Made by a program: the position numbers and the translations under genes. The notes beneath the pieces are model-generated. The model searched no databases, was not told the origin of the DNA, and was given only the letters and a program-made list of their open reading frames with translations. From sequence record SRR20825019_3069: DNA of 20,000 nucleotides; one strand, written 5' to 3'. Shown here piece by piece: positions 10,524-20,000 of the stretch. Positions within the stretch are counted from its first letter, which is position 1; the number at the start of each line of letters is the position of its first letter.

Positions 10524-10920
10524 ATGCCTGTTATTACACAGCTGAAGGGGCTCCCGGATCCACCATCCAAGCCGGTGATCCCCCCTATCAAGTTAGAGAA
10601 GGCTACTCTCCCTGACCGTTTTGAGCACCCAGAAACAGCAAGGTGGTCCGTTAAGAAGCAGCACCCCATGTACACTACAAATAATTCTATATACGGAAGC
10701 AAGAGGCCCGGAGAACAGGACATGCCTCCTCTATACAAGGCCCGCACCTCTGAATTCACGAGGGTTCATATTCGGGGTGGTAACTATCGAAACCACAGCC
10801 TGAACTCTGCGCGGAACTCATCTAAGGTACTGTGTATTGTTCATCAACTAGCAGTCACTCTCCATGACACACGTGCAGGTACACAAAGAACTTGACCAGT
10901 TTTTGGCACGAAACCCATAG
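10524..10920 (+). CDS. PIERCE1: PIERCE1/2 (C9orf116/C15orf65, FAP182-like) ciliary microtubule inner protein
   Basis: Exons 10524-10826 and 10879-10920. LPDRFEHP...HPMYTTNNSIYGSKRP...DMPPLY...SEFT...GGNYRNHSLN matches the family pattern LPxRFxxP...YxTxNxxYG...MP...F...GxxRNxxLN. Confidence 0.8.
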
Positions 10921-11111
10921 ACCTATCATCGCTGTATAGTATAGCCTATGCAGTAAAAAAACCTACACACACATAGTCCAGGTGGCCCAAGGGCTATTTA
11001 CATATAATGCGGCCAGTCATGAAGGCTTTTTCTGCTCAATTTGCAGAAATGAAGACTTCTCTTTCCTCCACCATGATAGAGACATTATCTCAGAGCTACC
11101 GCCGTCCTAGT

Positions 11112-12233
11112 CTAGCGCAACCTGTAGAATTGAGTCTTATCAACCTTACAATCCTTCCCATTGGAAGTGTAGTGAAGGTTGATGTTAAGGTCACGGGGAT
11201 TCTTGGCATTCCTTTCGGCGCTGATCCAGCCAGTAATTACGTCATTCTGATGAACAACCAGAGGCTCCTCAGTGTAGAACACAGTCTGCTTCCAATGGGT
11301 GTACTTGTGCTGCGGACCCGTTCCGAAGAAAATGGGTTTGTGCAGTTGGGTGAACCCAACATCGAAGTAGACCACAAAGGCATGAATGTAGTCATTTTGC
11401 TTGGCCTGGATCTTGAATTGGCATTTAAAATCCAAGTCCTCCTTCTTGACAGTAAGAATGTCGATCTTGAAGAACGCCGAATGATTGGTGCAGATGGAGT
11501 TCGCATCGACCGTATCGACAAGAGGTTCCAGAATAGCAAGTTCCTTAATGCATGAGAAGTCGAAACCGTAAACATCATCCCAGAAGTTAATCTTTTCATC
11601 CTTATAGTCTCCATCTTCAATACCACAAATATACATTGTAGCCTTGTCAGGCAAGATAATACCACCGGGGTTCAACCACTTATCCCTAGCGTACAGTACA
11701 GTGTCAAGCATAGACTCGTACAGCAGGAAGTATCCCATCCACTCCGACACGATCACGTCAACCTTTTCAACAGGAAGGTCGATTTCTTCGACCTTCCCCT
11801 TAATGATGGTGACTCTATCGGCGAAACCATTTTTCTCCACAATCTTCTTAGCCTGCTCACAAATACCAGAGCACTCAATACCGTATACGTGCTTGGCACC
11901 AGCCTGGGCGGCAAACATGGAGAGGATGCCAGTTCCACAACCGATATCAAGGACTACTTTCCCTTTCATCAAGTGGGCGTTCTCGACCAAAGAGCGGCGA
12001 TAAGTGTCTGTGCGAACTTTGTCCTTCAACATTTCCTCATGGATTCCGAAGTGAGAATACGAGTCGAAATAGTAGTCAGCACTAGTCGGCTCCTTCAAGG
12101 CGCTGTCAACTTTCTCGGAGGGGGGATCGACCTCCATCTTATCACCTTCAGCTTTCGCGGGGGCGCTCTGAGGGCGACTTCCGCCTTCCTGAGACTGCTG
12201 TCCCTGCTTTCCACGACCACGATTCTTACCCAT
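11112..12233 (-). CDS. PRMT1: Protein arginine N-methyltransferase 1 (type I PRMT)
   Basis: Single uninterrupted 373-aa ORF with SADYYFDSYSHFGIHEEMLKD, VLDIGCGTGILSMFAA, VDVIVSEWMGYFLLYESML and THWKQTVFY motifs. Confidence 0.96.
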   Translation of the reverse strand: MGKNRGRGKQGQQSQEGGSRPQSAPAKAEGDKMEVDPPSEKVDSALKEPTSADYYFDSYSHFGIHEEMLKDKVRTDTYRRSLVENAHLMKGKVVLDIGCGTGILSMFAAQAGAKHVYGIECSGICEQAKKIVEKNGFADRVTIIKGKVEEIDLPVEKVDVIVSEWMGYFLLYESMLDTVLYARDKWLNPGGIILPDKATMYICGIEDGDYKDEKINFWDDVYGFDFSCIKELAILEPLVDTVDANSICTNHSAFFKIDILTVKKEDLDFKCQFKIQAKQNDYIHAFVVYFDVGFTQLHKPIFFGTGPQHKYTHWKQTVFYTEEPLVVHQNDVITGWISAERNAKNPRDLNINLHYTSNGKDCKVDKTQFYRLR

Positions 12234-12499
12234 TTTGAAAGATACCTGTGCTAGTATGTGAGCAAGAAATATTTATCGGCAACATGAAGGCGAGGGCACC
12301 ACGCCTCGTGGGTTATTGCGCAACCGTTGCGGCCACCGGCTAGCCCAAGCGTGTTGGGCTCTCCATGGGCATCAGCATCGACTGAGGAGGACGGTCGCAT
12401 GTCGTCCGCAGCTTGCGAGTCCCCCAACCAATGCTTCTCACTGAGGGCGGCCCGCCCCCCAGGGCGCCATACGATATAGCGTCCCAGGATGAGCGGCGC

Positions 12500-12970
12500 C
12501 ACCTGCACGAGGCGGGCCGACGCCCGGCTGGCGGCCGGGCGTAGTCACCCGAGCAGCCCGATGATCGGGCCGCGCGGTTCTAAAAAAAGATCACCGCGGC
12601 CCGGCTGGCATCCTGACCTGCTCAGTTTAGTTTCACTAAAAGATTCGGTTATACCGAATGTTTGAGGTCTGACTCTTAACAACCGGGTGGACGACGACGC
12701 GCGCTCACCCGGGTCACTCGGTGCGCCGGCCCCGAGCCGACCGGCGTGGCCGCAGCGTGCCGGGCCCGCCGCCGCCCGCCGCCGCCGGATGGCCGCCCGC
12801 CGGGGGCCCGGGCCGGCGGACCGGGCCGGGGGCGAGCCGTCTGACGACGCTGACGAGCCCGGGTGCAACGAACGCCGCGGGGCGCCGCAGGCGTCGTCGT
12901 CGGGCGGGCGGACGAGGGAGGTCCGCAGCTACCGTCCGGCGTGGTGTGACAAGGCCCGGCCCGCCAGCCG
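12500..12970. promoter_or_regulatory. Bipartite GC/CCGG-rich island (about 12500-12610 and 12685-12970) around an AT-rich core, in the PRMT1/CDS divergent intergenic region
   Basis: Same composition pattern as the other islands; AT core at about 12620-12680. Confidence 0.55.
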
Positions 12971-13351
12971 AGCATCCATCGAGGTGGGCTTGAACGCCCT
13001 GCGAGGGATTGACGGCTGGCGCGTTGTGACCCACTAAACAGCCAAGGCCCTACCTCGCGGCTGTTGAGAGGCAAAACGCCCAACGCACTCCAGAATGACG
13101 AACTCATCCCTCGCCAACCAATGCAAACCGAAGTGGTCACTCGCCAACAGTCGAGTCAAGCGCAATCACCCAAAGCCATCCAACGGCGACGGTGCGGTGT
13201 ACGTAGTTGCGGTAGCTCCGTTAACGAAGCTGGTCCATGGTCGGGGGTCAGTCTTGCACGTTTGAAAGGCTGCGAAAGGGTGCTTGGTGTCTACCACGGC
13301 TTGAATATAAAAGCGGGCGTCACGTAGTGAAAGCCTCAGCGGACAGTAACT

Positions 13352-14924
13352 ATGACTCGGAAGAAAAAGCAGAGGTCTTTCGAAGGATCAAATGAAATAG
13401 CAGGGCAGGAGGATCTCAAGCCCCAGACTTTGCTTGCGGACCAGGTTAGTGCGCATAGCCGAATCTAGTATACGCTTTGATAACCATGTTTCAGCCGAAG
13501 GATAAGAAGCTCAGGAGCTTCATTATTCGTTTCATTTCTACTTGGACTCTGATTGGAGCGTTTGCTGGAATCATTTATGGTATGCAGCGAAGCAGTGTAT
13601 TGACTTTGCTTCTAATTGTCGCGTTTAGCGGGTCATATATACGTATGCTGCCTTATTTTTGTGGTTCATGTTATGATGTTTAAGGAGATTATTCGTATTG
13701 GGTCTGTCTGGGAGCGGGAGCAGAAAGTCCATACGAATAGATATCTCAACTGGTAGGCTTTTTGTTTACAGTTTCCCGTACCAACTAATGCTAGAGGTGC
13801 AGGCATTTCTTCTTTACAACTGTGCTTTTTGTATATGGGAGGGCATTGAAGCCACAGATCGGCAACGAGCTTTTGGCGCGTGGAGATTTCTGGGGCCGCA
13901 GCTTCATTACTCTAGTTATGAAGTACCATACCATGTTCAGCTTTTTGGCCTATATGACTGGGGTCATGTTGTTTGTTGCATCTCTGCGCAAGAAGATGTA
14001 CAACTATCAGTTCGGCCAGTTCGCTTGGACACACATGACGCTCATGATGGTCGTTGTGCAGTCAACCTTCCTGCTGTCGAACATGTACGAAGGCCTCATC
14101 TGGTATGGCTAATGTCATTTTTCTGGTCGGTTATGGCAGCAAATGGATCTAATGTGCCTACTAGGTTCCTTCTGCCAGTGTTTTTGGTTATCACAAATGA
14201 TGTGCAAGCCTACATGTTCGGCATGGTCTTTGGGCGTACTCCTTTGATTAAGCTCTCTCCTAAGAAAACATGGGAGGGATTCATTGGTGGCTTCTTCTCA
14301 ACGGTTGTAATGGCTTTCCTTCTTGGCCGATTCTTGTCTCAGTATGAGTACCTCATTTGCCCCAAGAAGGTACTTTGACAGAGGAATGTTTTTGGGTACC
14401 TGCTGATCGAGTTATGCAGACATTGTTTTCTGGAGATGTTTCTTGTGAGGTCAATGCTATCTTCTTGGATACCACATATCACCTTCCCGAACAGCTCATA
14501 TTGTTCCTGTCCAATATGGGATTCGATGGCATCGCCACTGTAACATTTGCCCCTATTCAAGTCCACAGTGCTGTAATGTCCATATTCGCATCTCTTGTGG
14601 CACCGTTTGGTGGATTCTTTGCCAGCGGCTTTAAGCGCGCTTTCAAGATCAAAGACTTTGGCGACACAATCCCAGGCCATGGTGGAATCACTGATCGCAT
14701 GGATTGCCAGCTTTCCATGGGCCTTTTCGCTTACATCTACATAACTAGTTTTGTGCTGAAGCAGACGGTAGGATGGGATACATATATGATGTCTCTTTCT
14801 AACATTACTGCAGCCTGATTTGAAAAATATTATGTCTCAAGTTGTCAAGCTCTCTGTGAAGGATCAGCTGCAAGTTTATCAGACTCTCCAGGCTGCGCTT
14901 GGAGCTTCTGGTGCGCTGAAGTAA
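13352..14924 (+). CDS. CDS1: Phosphatidate cytidylyltransferase (CDP-diacylglycerol synthase, eukaryotic CDS1/2 type)
   Basis: Multi-exon. Start MTRKKKQRS at 13352 is preceded by an in-frame TGA. Motifs: [98 protein letters not shown]. Last exon ends LGASGALK*. Confidence 0.95.
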
Positions 14925-14996
14925 GACTTTAGGAAAGGTGACCAATAATGTGCACGTTGACTTGAAAACCTGAGTGATGTGTGTGAATATGGCCGT

Positions 14997-16666
14997 TCAG
15001 TTGGCCGCCTTTATGTCATTTTCTTTTGCAATAGTATCCAAGTATCGCATATATACTCTGTAATTACTCAAGAACGATGGTAACCTCACATCATCAAGCT
15101 TGAGCACATTCTGGAGAAATACGATTAGACTAACGTCATGACCAATGGTTTGTCGTTTCATACCCGGAACTTTTCGACATCTTCAAGAGCCATTTTCCCC
15201 GCGTATAGAGCCGTCCAGTCAATCTTTTTTCGTTGTTGCAAAATTTCTATAGCTCCTGCCAAGTAAGCCTGATACGACCATGAGATCAACAATGCAACAA
15301 TCTCCCTGAAGATATCACACACCTGGTCTTTCGAAAAAGACCCATTCTTTTCCGTATCAGCGAACCCGCGTTTGCACCTCAGGCATGCTTCCCATCTCAT
15401 GTTTTCACAATCAACATATTTTTGCAAATCATCGAACAGCTCCCTGAAAGACATAGTTTGGGCCTTGTATGCTGTATAATACCGCAATGCTGCATGCCAA
15501 AGCAGCTTGCTTTTGCAGAATAGATGTGTATTCAGGCAAGCGAGCCCTTCTTCAGTCTTAAGATGATGCTTCAAACCCAGCTTTTTCCTCCTGTGATTCA
15601 TCAGCCATATGTAATGTTCCTCTTGTTGACGCCGCGTACCTCGACTGCTTCCCTCCCCACACTTGATTTTTGTCATTCATCGATCTAAAAAAATGAGTTC
15701 CTGCTTCGTGATCCAAAGTCCCTCTAAGGAGATGCTCACGGTGCTTTCAGAAAGTGTCAATCAATCACGAGTGTAAACATGCTTACACCAAAACGTACTG
15801 TTACAGGGATTCTTATCGTTAATTTGTTTCCAGAAACTGAAGCGGAGGATACAGTGCCAGCCACAAATCTTAGCTGAAGATCATTCTCAAGCCCTTGTTC
15901 GCACAGGTACTGCTGAACACTATCCGCTACTTCATCTTGCGTCAACACACGCCCCCCTCGCATCTGTTCGTACTTTTTGTAACCTCCAAAGTCTTTCACT
16001 ACCTTATCAAGAATATATATCGCCTAGAAAATGGTCAATGAGAGTCAACCCACACATCTTATTTCGCCTCACGTTCTTGAGATACTTGTCAGATGTTGCT
16101 TTGTGATACTGTCGTACCAGCTTTCTAGGAATTGTGCTGACGTACTCAAACTGCGGGCAATATCCTGGATCACTGAAGAACCTAGCCTTTTCTTCCTCTT
16201 TGTTGCATGGATTAATTCTCGTCAACACACTAGGAAGCTTTTTCTTTCGTTTAGGAACACGGCGAATGACTTCAGCTGAGTCCCCTTGGTTAAATATTTC
16301 TCCCACCAGACCCTTTGCTCTTTCAAATGCCGATACGTCAACTTCTCGTAAGATAATACGTCCTGCACTTTGCACTGATACAAGATTCTTCTCAGTCACT
16401 TTTCGGGGAGTCATCGCGGCAATGCGTGGTGTTGTTGATCGCGGTGTGTTATTGAAAGGAGGGAATGGACTCCTGGTTGTGATAATTTTTATACTCATGC
16501 TTTTCACACGAGTGTCGCAACTCACGCAGACTGTCGAGAAACAATTGGTGGAAGACTTGGTGTCTTTAAATACTCTGGACGGGGAGAAGGCGCTACTCCA
16601 CTCTCGAATCCAGAACCGCATGGTCCTGAAAGCAGAGAGTTTCCTGTTGCACTTCCTGGCGTTCAT
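14997..16666 (-). CDS. MATCAP: MATCAP/KIAA0895-family (DUF1704) tubulin tyrosine carboxypeptidase-like metalloprotease; start codon uncertain
   Basis: Spliced protein contains INPCNKEEEKARFF...YCPQFEY, GTLDHEAGTHFFRSMN (HExxxH at 15710-15693), TEEGLACLN, LLWHAALRYY, MSFRELFDDLQKYV, RWEACLRCKRG, FSKDQ and YLAGAIEIL...IDWTALYAGK; ends DIKAAN*. Confidence 0.88.
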
Positions 16667-16864
16667 GGCTGTCCACAACTGACAACAAGTGATTGCTGCA
16701 CATCAACTACGTGAAAAGACGTCCGTTGTTGCTGTATCCTTAGGAATTGTTTCAGGGGTACTGGCTCTGGATGTGTCTGCTGCCGTGGATGATTACTCTG
16801 AGCGTGTGCGAGAATGCGCAACCGAAACGTCACTTCGCACTGCCCATCCGCCGCACGCATCCTC

Positions 16865-17450
16865 CGTGGGCCATTCTTCGGGGACGGGCATCGTCCGGCC
16901 CGTCAGCAGCCGCCGACTCGTGGGCCGCTGATCGCGGATGGGCGGCCTCCCGTACGGCGCCGCCATGACTCCCCTGGGCCGAGGTGATGCCGGTGGGGGC
17001 ACCCCGCACCTCCGGCTCCCGTCGTCCGGCAGGCCGGGCCCCTGGGGTGAGAGATGGAGTTGTTAGCCGTTACGACATATAAACCTTTGATAATTGGGGA
17101 ATCAGCTGATTGTGTAGAGTGTAATTTAAACTGCAGTGTCAGTGAGGCGCCACCGGCGCCCTGGGGCCGGCCCGGCATTACGTCGCCCCCATGCGCCGCG
17201 GCCCACTGGCCGGCCGGGGGGCCGCGCCGGCGCCAGCGGGCCTGCTCGCCGGCTTCACGGACCCCGGGAACGGGCCTCCGCGGCGGCCGGCCCGCCCGGG
17301 CGCCGCCGGCCGCACGCGCCCATCAATGCCGGCCCGCGGGGACCCGCGGGCCGGTGCCGGGCCGGGGGCGCCGCGCCCGGGCGGGCCCAGAAGCCGGCCC
17401 GGCGGCACTGAGGACCCGCGGCACCCGGACTGTCTGACAGGCGGCCCGGA
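16865..17450. promoter_or_regulatory. Bipartite GC/CCGG-rich island (about 16865-17050 and 17145-17450) around an AT-rich core, in the MATCAP/ARD divergent intergenic region
   Basis: Same pattern; AT core at about 17055-17140 contains TATAAA and the palindrome AATCAGCTGATT. Confidence 0.55.
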
Positions 17451-17644
17451 GTTTGCAGTGTGACCGGCTTTTCCTCGATGGTTTTGGGTTGGGGGCTCAG
17501 GGCAGCGCGTGGACCCATGAGCCACTGGATAAGGCCGCCCAGTTGGCGGACGCCTTCACGGTGCACTGATGTTGTTCACTCCGGCGCTTCGAGATATATA
17601 AGTGTATGAAGGATACGAACGGATAAGACCTGTAGAATTTCGCC

Positions 17645-18401
17645 ATGCGGGCTTATTTCATGGATGACTCTTTGGAGGACCAACGCCTTCCACACGACAG
17701 TGGAAAGTCGTTGTCTTTGAGTGAACTCGCGAAACTAGGAGTTCTCTACTGGAGTGTGGACATGGATGCATGGGAAAAGAAAATTGATGAAATTTGCGAA
17801 GAGAGGTGAGCTCACAGACTCTTTGACGATTCCATCGTTCTTGACCGTCTAATCGGACACGTGCACTTCCTGCAGGAACTACAAGAACCGAGATGAAGTG
17901 ACCGTAAGCCCAAAGATGGCTGAATACGAGACCAAAATTAAGGCCTTTTTCACCGAACACGTACATGAAGATGAAGAAATTCGATTCATCCTTGATGGCT
18001 CAGGTTTCTTTGACGTGAGAGATCAGAAAGACCGTTGGATACGGTGTGCCATGGAGAAGGGAGACCTAATGATACTCCCAGCAGGGATCTATCACCGCTT
18101 CACAACGGTATTGTACTCCCCAAAACCTTTTCGTCTCCTAACATAATAACACTATCCATGCCAGGACTCTAAAGATTACATCAAGGCCATGAGACTCTTC
18201 CAAAATGATCCTAAGTGAGTAGATAAGACCGCCACTTGCTGATTTCTAAACTCGTTGCAGGTGGACCCCCATCAACCGTCCTTGCGATGACAATGTAAGC
18301 CCATACACTTTTCCTCTGTTTTCGCACTCATATCCTTCTAGGAATACCGAAAGGCGTACGTATCTGAATACCACAAGGGCTCCTCTTGCTCTGTGCTCTA
18401 A
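17645..18401 (+). CDS. ADI1: Acireductone dioxygenase (ARD/ADI1, methionine salvage), with C-terminal CSVL
   Basis: Five exons: [17 protein letters not shown]...[32 protein letters not shown]...WIR...[16 protein letters not shown] (cupin metal ligands H-x-H-x3-E...H); [38 protein letters not shown]. Confidence 0.94.
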
Positions 18402-18462
18402 ATATAGTTTGTTTCCCATACCCACTTACCACAATTTCTTTTTTTTAATGTTAACAGTGTAT

Positions 18463-18973
18463 TTAGCTAGAGTCCACAGAGGGATTTTGTACAACAATAA
18501 GAAGATAGTCTTTGTCTGTTAAGCACGCCATCAGCACAATATACACAGTCCAGTCAGGGAAGGACTCACCAGGTGCCACCATAATCTCATGCTTCTTTGA
18601 GCGAATTCGTAGGAAAGTAAGGTCGTTCTAGGTCTTGGTTAGCAAGGGCTGGCTGTCCACAATGAAAGCCATACCTGAGGATCCAAGTCACGAACAACAC
18701 TACGTGCTTTTGCAGAAAGCTGCGAAATCAGCGATGCATACTGAACTGTGATGGCATTGTCTGATAGTGTCGTTCGAATAGGAATGCCCTCTGCGTTTAC
18801 AATCACAATACCAATAACACCCTTGTGCCCACTAATGCGCTACACAAAAGCAGCGTAAGACACACTTCCAGATCAATGAACCAACAAGGCTACCTTAATT
18901 GTCTCTTCAACCTCAGACTGAAAACACACGGAAGTTAGAAACAGTACTTCACCTATGAGAGACTTCTTACCAT
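18463..18973 (-). CDS. DYNLRB: Dynein light chain roadblock (LC7)
   Basis: Five coding exons, the first being ATG only: [34 protein letters not shown]...[48 protein letters not shown]. Confidence 0.95.
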
Positions 18974-19204
18974 CTTACTTTGGACGGCTCTATCAATCTC
19001 AGCTAATGCGCCACATCCCATCGATAGAAAAACCTATGCTCAGTCCCCCATGCCGTTTCTTTTGCGCTAGGGCGACTGCACGGCAGGGCGCGTGGTCGAA
19101 CTCATAGAGCAATTGGCCGGCTAAGCCCGGTCTGCTTGTTGGCGGTTTTGGTGGGAATGGGTCATGTTGAGGCTTCGGGGAAGCGGCATGGAGTCCCTGT
19201 CTGT

Positions 19205-19480
19205 GAGTGGGCCGGCCGGCCGGCCCCGTCCCGGTGCCCGCCGGCCAGTCCCGCGGCTCAACTGGCCGGCGGTGACCGGCGCGGCGCCCGACGCCGGCCT
19301 CACGTCAGGCGCGGGTCGCCGCTATCAGCGCGGCGCCACGGCCGAGACGCGCACGGCGGCGGCCGGGCGGGCCACGCCCCCGCGGTCAGACTGGCCGGGC
19401 TTCCGGAGTTGGCCGGCTCAGGCCGCGCGGCCGGCGGGCTGCGGCCGTGTGGCGCTGGCTGGCGGTCAGGGTGGGACGGA
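19205..19480. promoter_or_regulatory. Single GC/CCGG-rich island upstream of DYNLRB
   Basis: About 280 bp block 5' of the roadblock ATG, followed by AT-rich sequence and the 3' end of a co-oriented gene. Confidence 0.5.
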
Positions 19481-19724
19481 AACGCATAACTGATTCAAAT
19501 CTCAATCATGTCAAAAAGCACCCTCGATTTTAATAATTTGGAGTCAATAAATGGCTTCCCCTCGGGACTGGATCGGAGGAATGCACACGAACAACTCCGA
19601 ACTGAATTAGATTGAGTATTTTGCAATGTGTGCCAGTGGGGTTCTCAATATGTCCACAGCGACATGTATATGGTGGCTGCTTTGAGCTACAACAATACAA
19701 CAAATCAATAAAGCCATGACGGAT

Positions 19725-20000
19725 TTATTCAGACATATCATCCATGTTCATCTGGTCCTCGTTGGATACATTGTTTGGCTCAGAAGTCTCATCCATCTCA
19801 GGCATTGACTCGGCAAGATCTTCGCGGCTTTCCTTGATAAGACCACTCTGCAGGTCCTGCGCCTGAAGAGCCGGGGAAGGCTCGCTCTCCTCCATGCTGC
19901 GAGGGGAAGGAGCCGAATCCTCATCGAGAGCAACATGGTTCCCAAGAGGAACGCGGCCAACGCCCATCATAGGGTGCATGCCGCCCATCATCATGGGGTT
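19725..20000 (-). CDS. C-terminal fragment of an unidentified protein (Met/Gly-rich then acidic tail); continues beyond window end
   Basis: Open frame from the window edge to TAA at 19725-19727, coding-like composition, followed by AT-rich 3'UTR-like sequence. No family recognised. Confidence 0.55.
   Translation of the reverse strand, partial: NPMMMGGMHPMMGVGRVPLGNHVALDEDSAPSPRSMEESEPSPALQAQDLQSGLIKESREDLAESMPEMDETSEPNNVSNEDQMNMDDMSE

Noticed and set aside
11007-12254. Plus-strand ORFs of 182, 119 and 121 aa
   Set aside because: Antisense to the clearly conserved PRMT1; no independent coding evidence.
13064-13327. Possible upstream coding exon of the CDP-DAG synthase
   Set aside because: The frame leading into the conserved region starts at ATG 13352 after an in-frame TGA; upstream sequence is more likely 5'UTR or intron.
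16134-16682. 182-aa plus-strand ORF
   Set aside because: Antisense to the MATCAP N-terminal exon; no recognisable motif.
11112-18401. PRMT1, ARD and the Met-analogue acetyltransferase as a methionine/SAM gene cluster
   Set aside because: The genes are separated by unrelated housekeeping genes and act in different branches (SAH versus MTA); no evidence of functional clustering.
1430-19480. GC islands as a MITE/transposon family or CRISPR-like array
   Set aside because: No shared terminal inverted repeats, TSDs, alignable bodies or regular repeat-spacer structure are visible, and no transposase or cas gene is present.

Overview
Gene-dense eukaryotic nuclear DNA with many short GT-AG introns (mostly about 50-65 nt), from a flagellated protist. 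A cryptophyte-like origin is my impression only and is unverified. After manual splicing, the window holds 12 protein-coding genes: TRAPPC11 (5' part), KNL2/Mis18BP1, a Pat/MnaT-type GNAT acetyltransferase, an N-acylated RNI-like LRR protein, profilin, PIERCE1/FAP182-like, PRMT1, CDP-diacylglycerol synthase, MATCAP/KIAA0895-family peptidase, acireductone dioxygenase, dynein light chain roadblock, and the 3' end of an unidentified gene. The first 11 genes alternate strictly in orientation. The main unexplained signal is a set of non-homologous, extremely GC-rich, CCGG-dense islands found only on the 5' (promoter) side of genes. They often form two blocks around an AT-rich core and are punctuated by TGAC/GTCA and short perfect hairpins. 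Also notable: a CaaX box on the acireductone dioxygenase, a KNL2 with SANTA + CENP-C-like motif + SANT, a double E2F site and a repeated AGTCGTG motif upstream of KNL2, an 8-nt microexon, and an intronless PRMT1.
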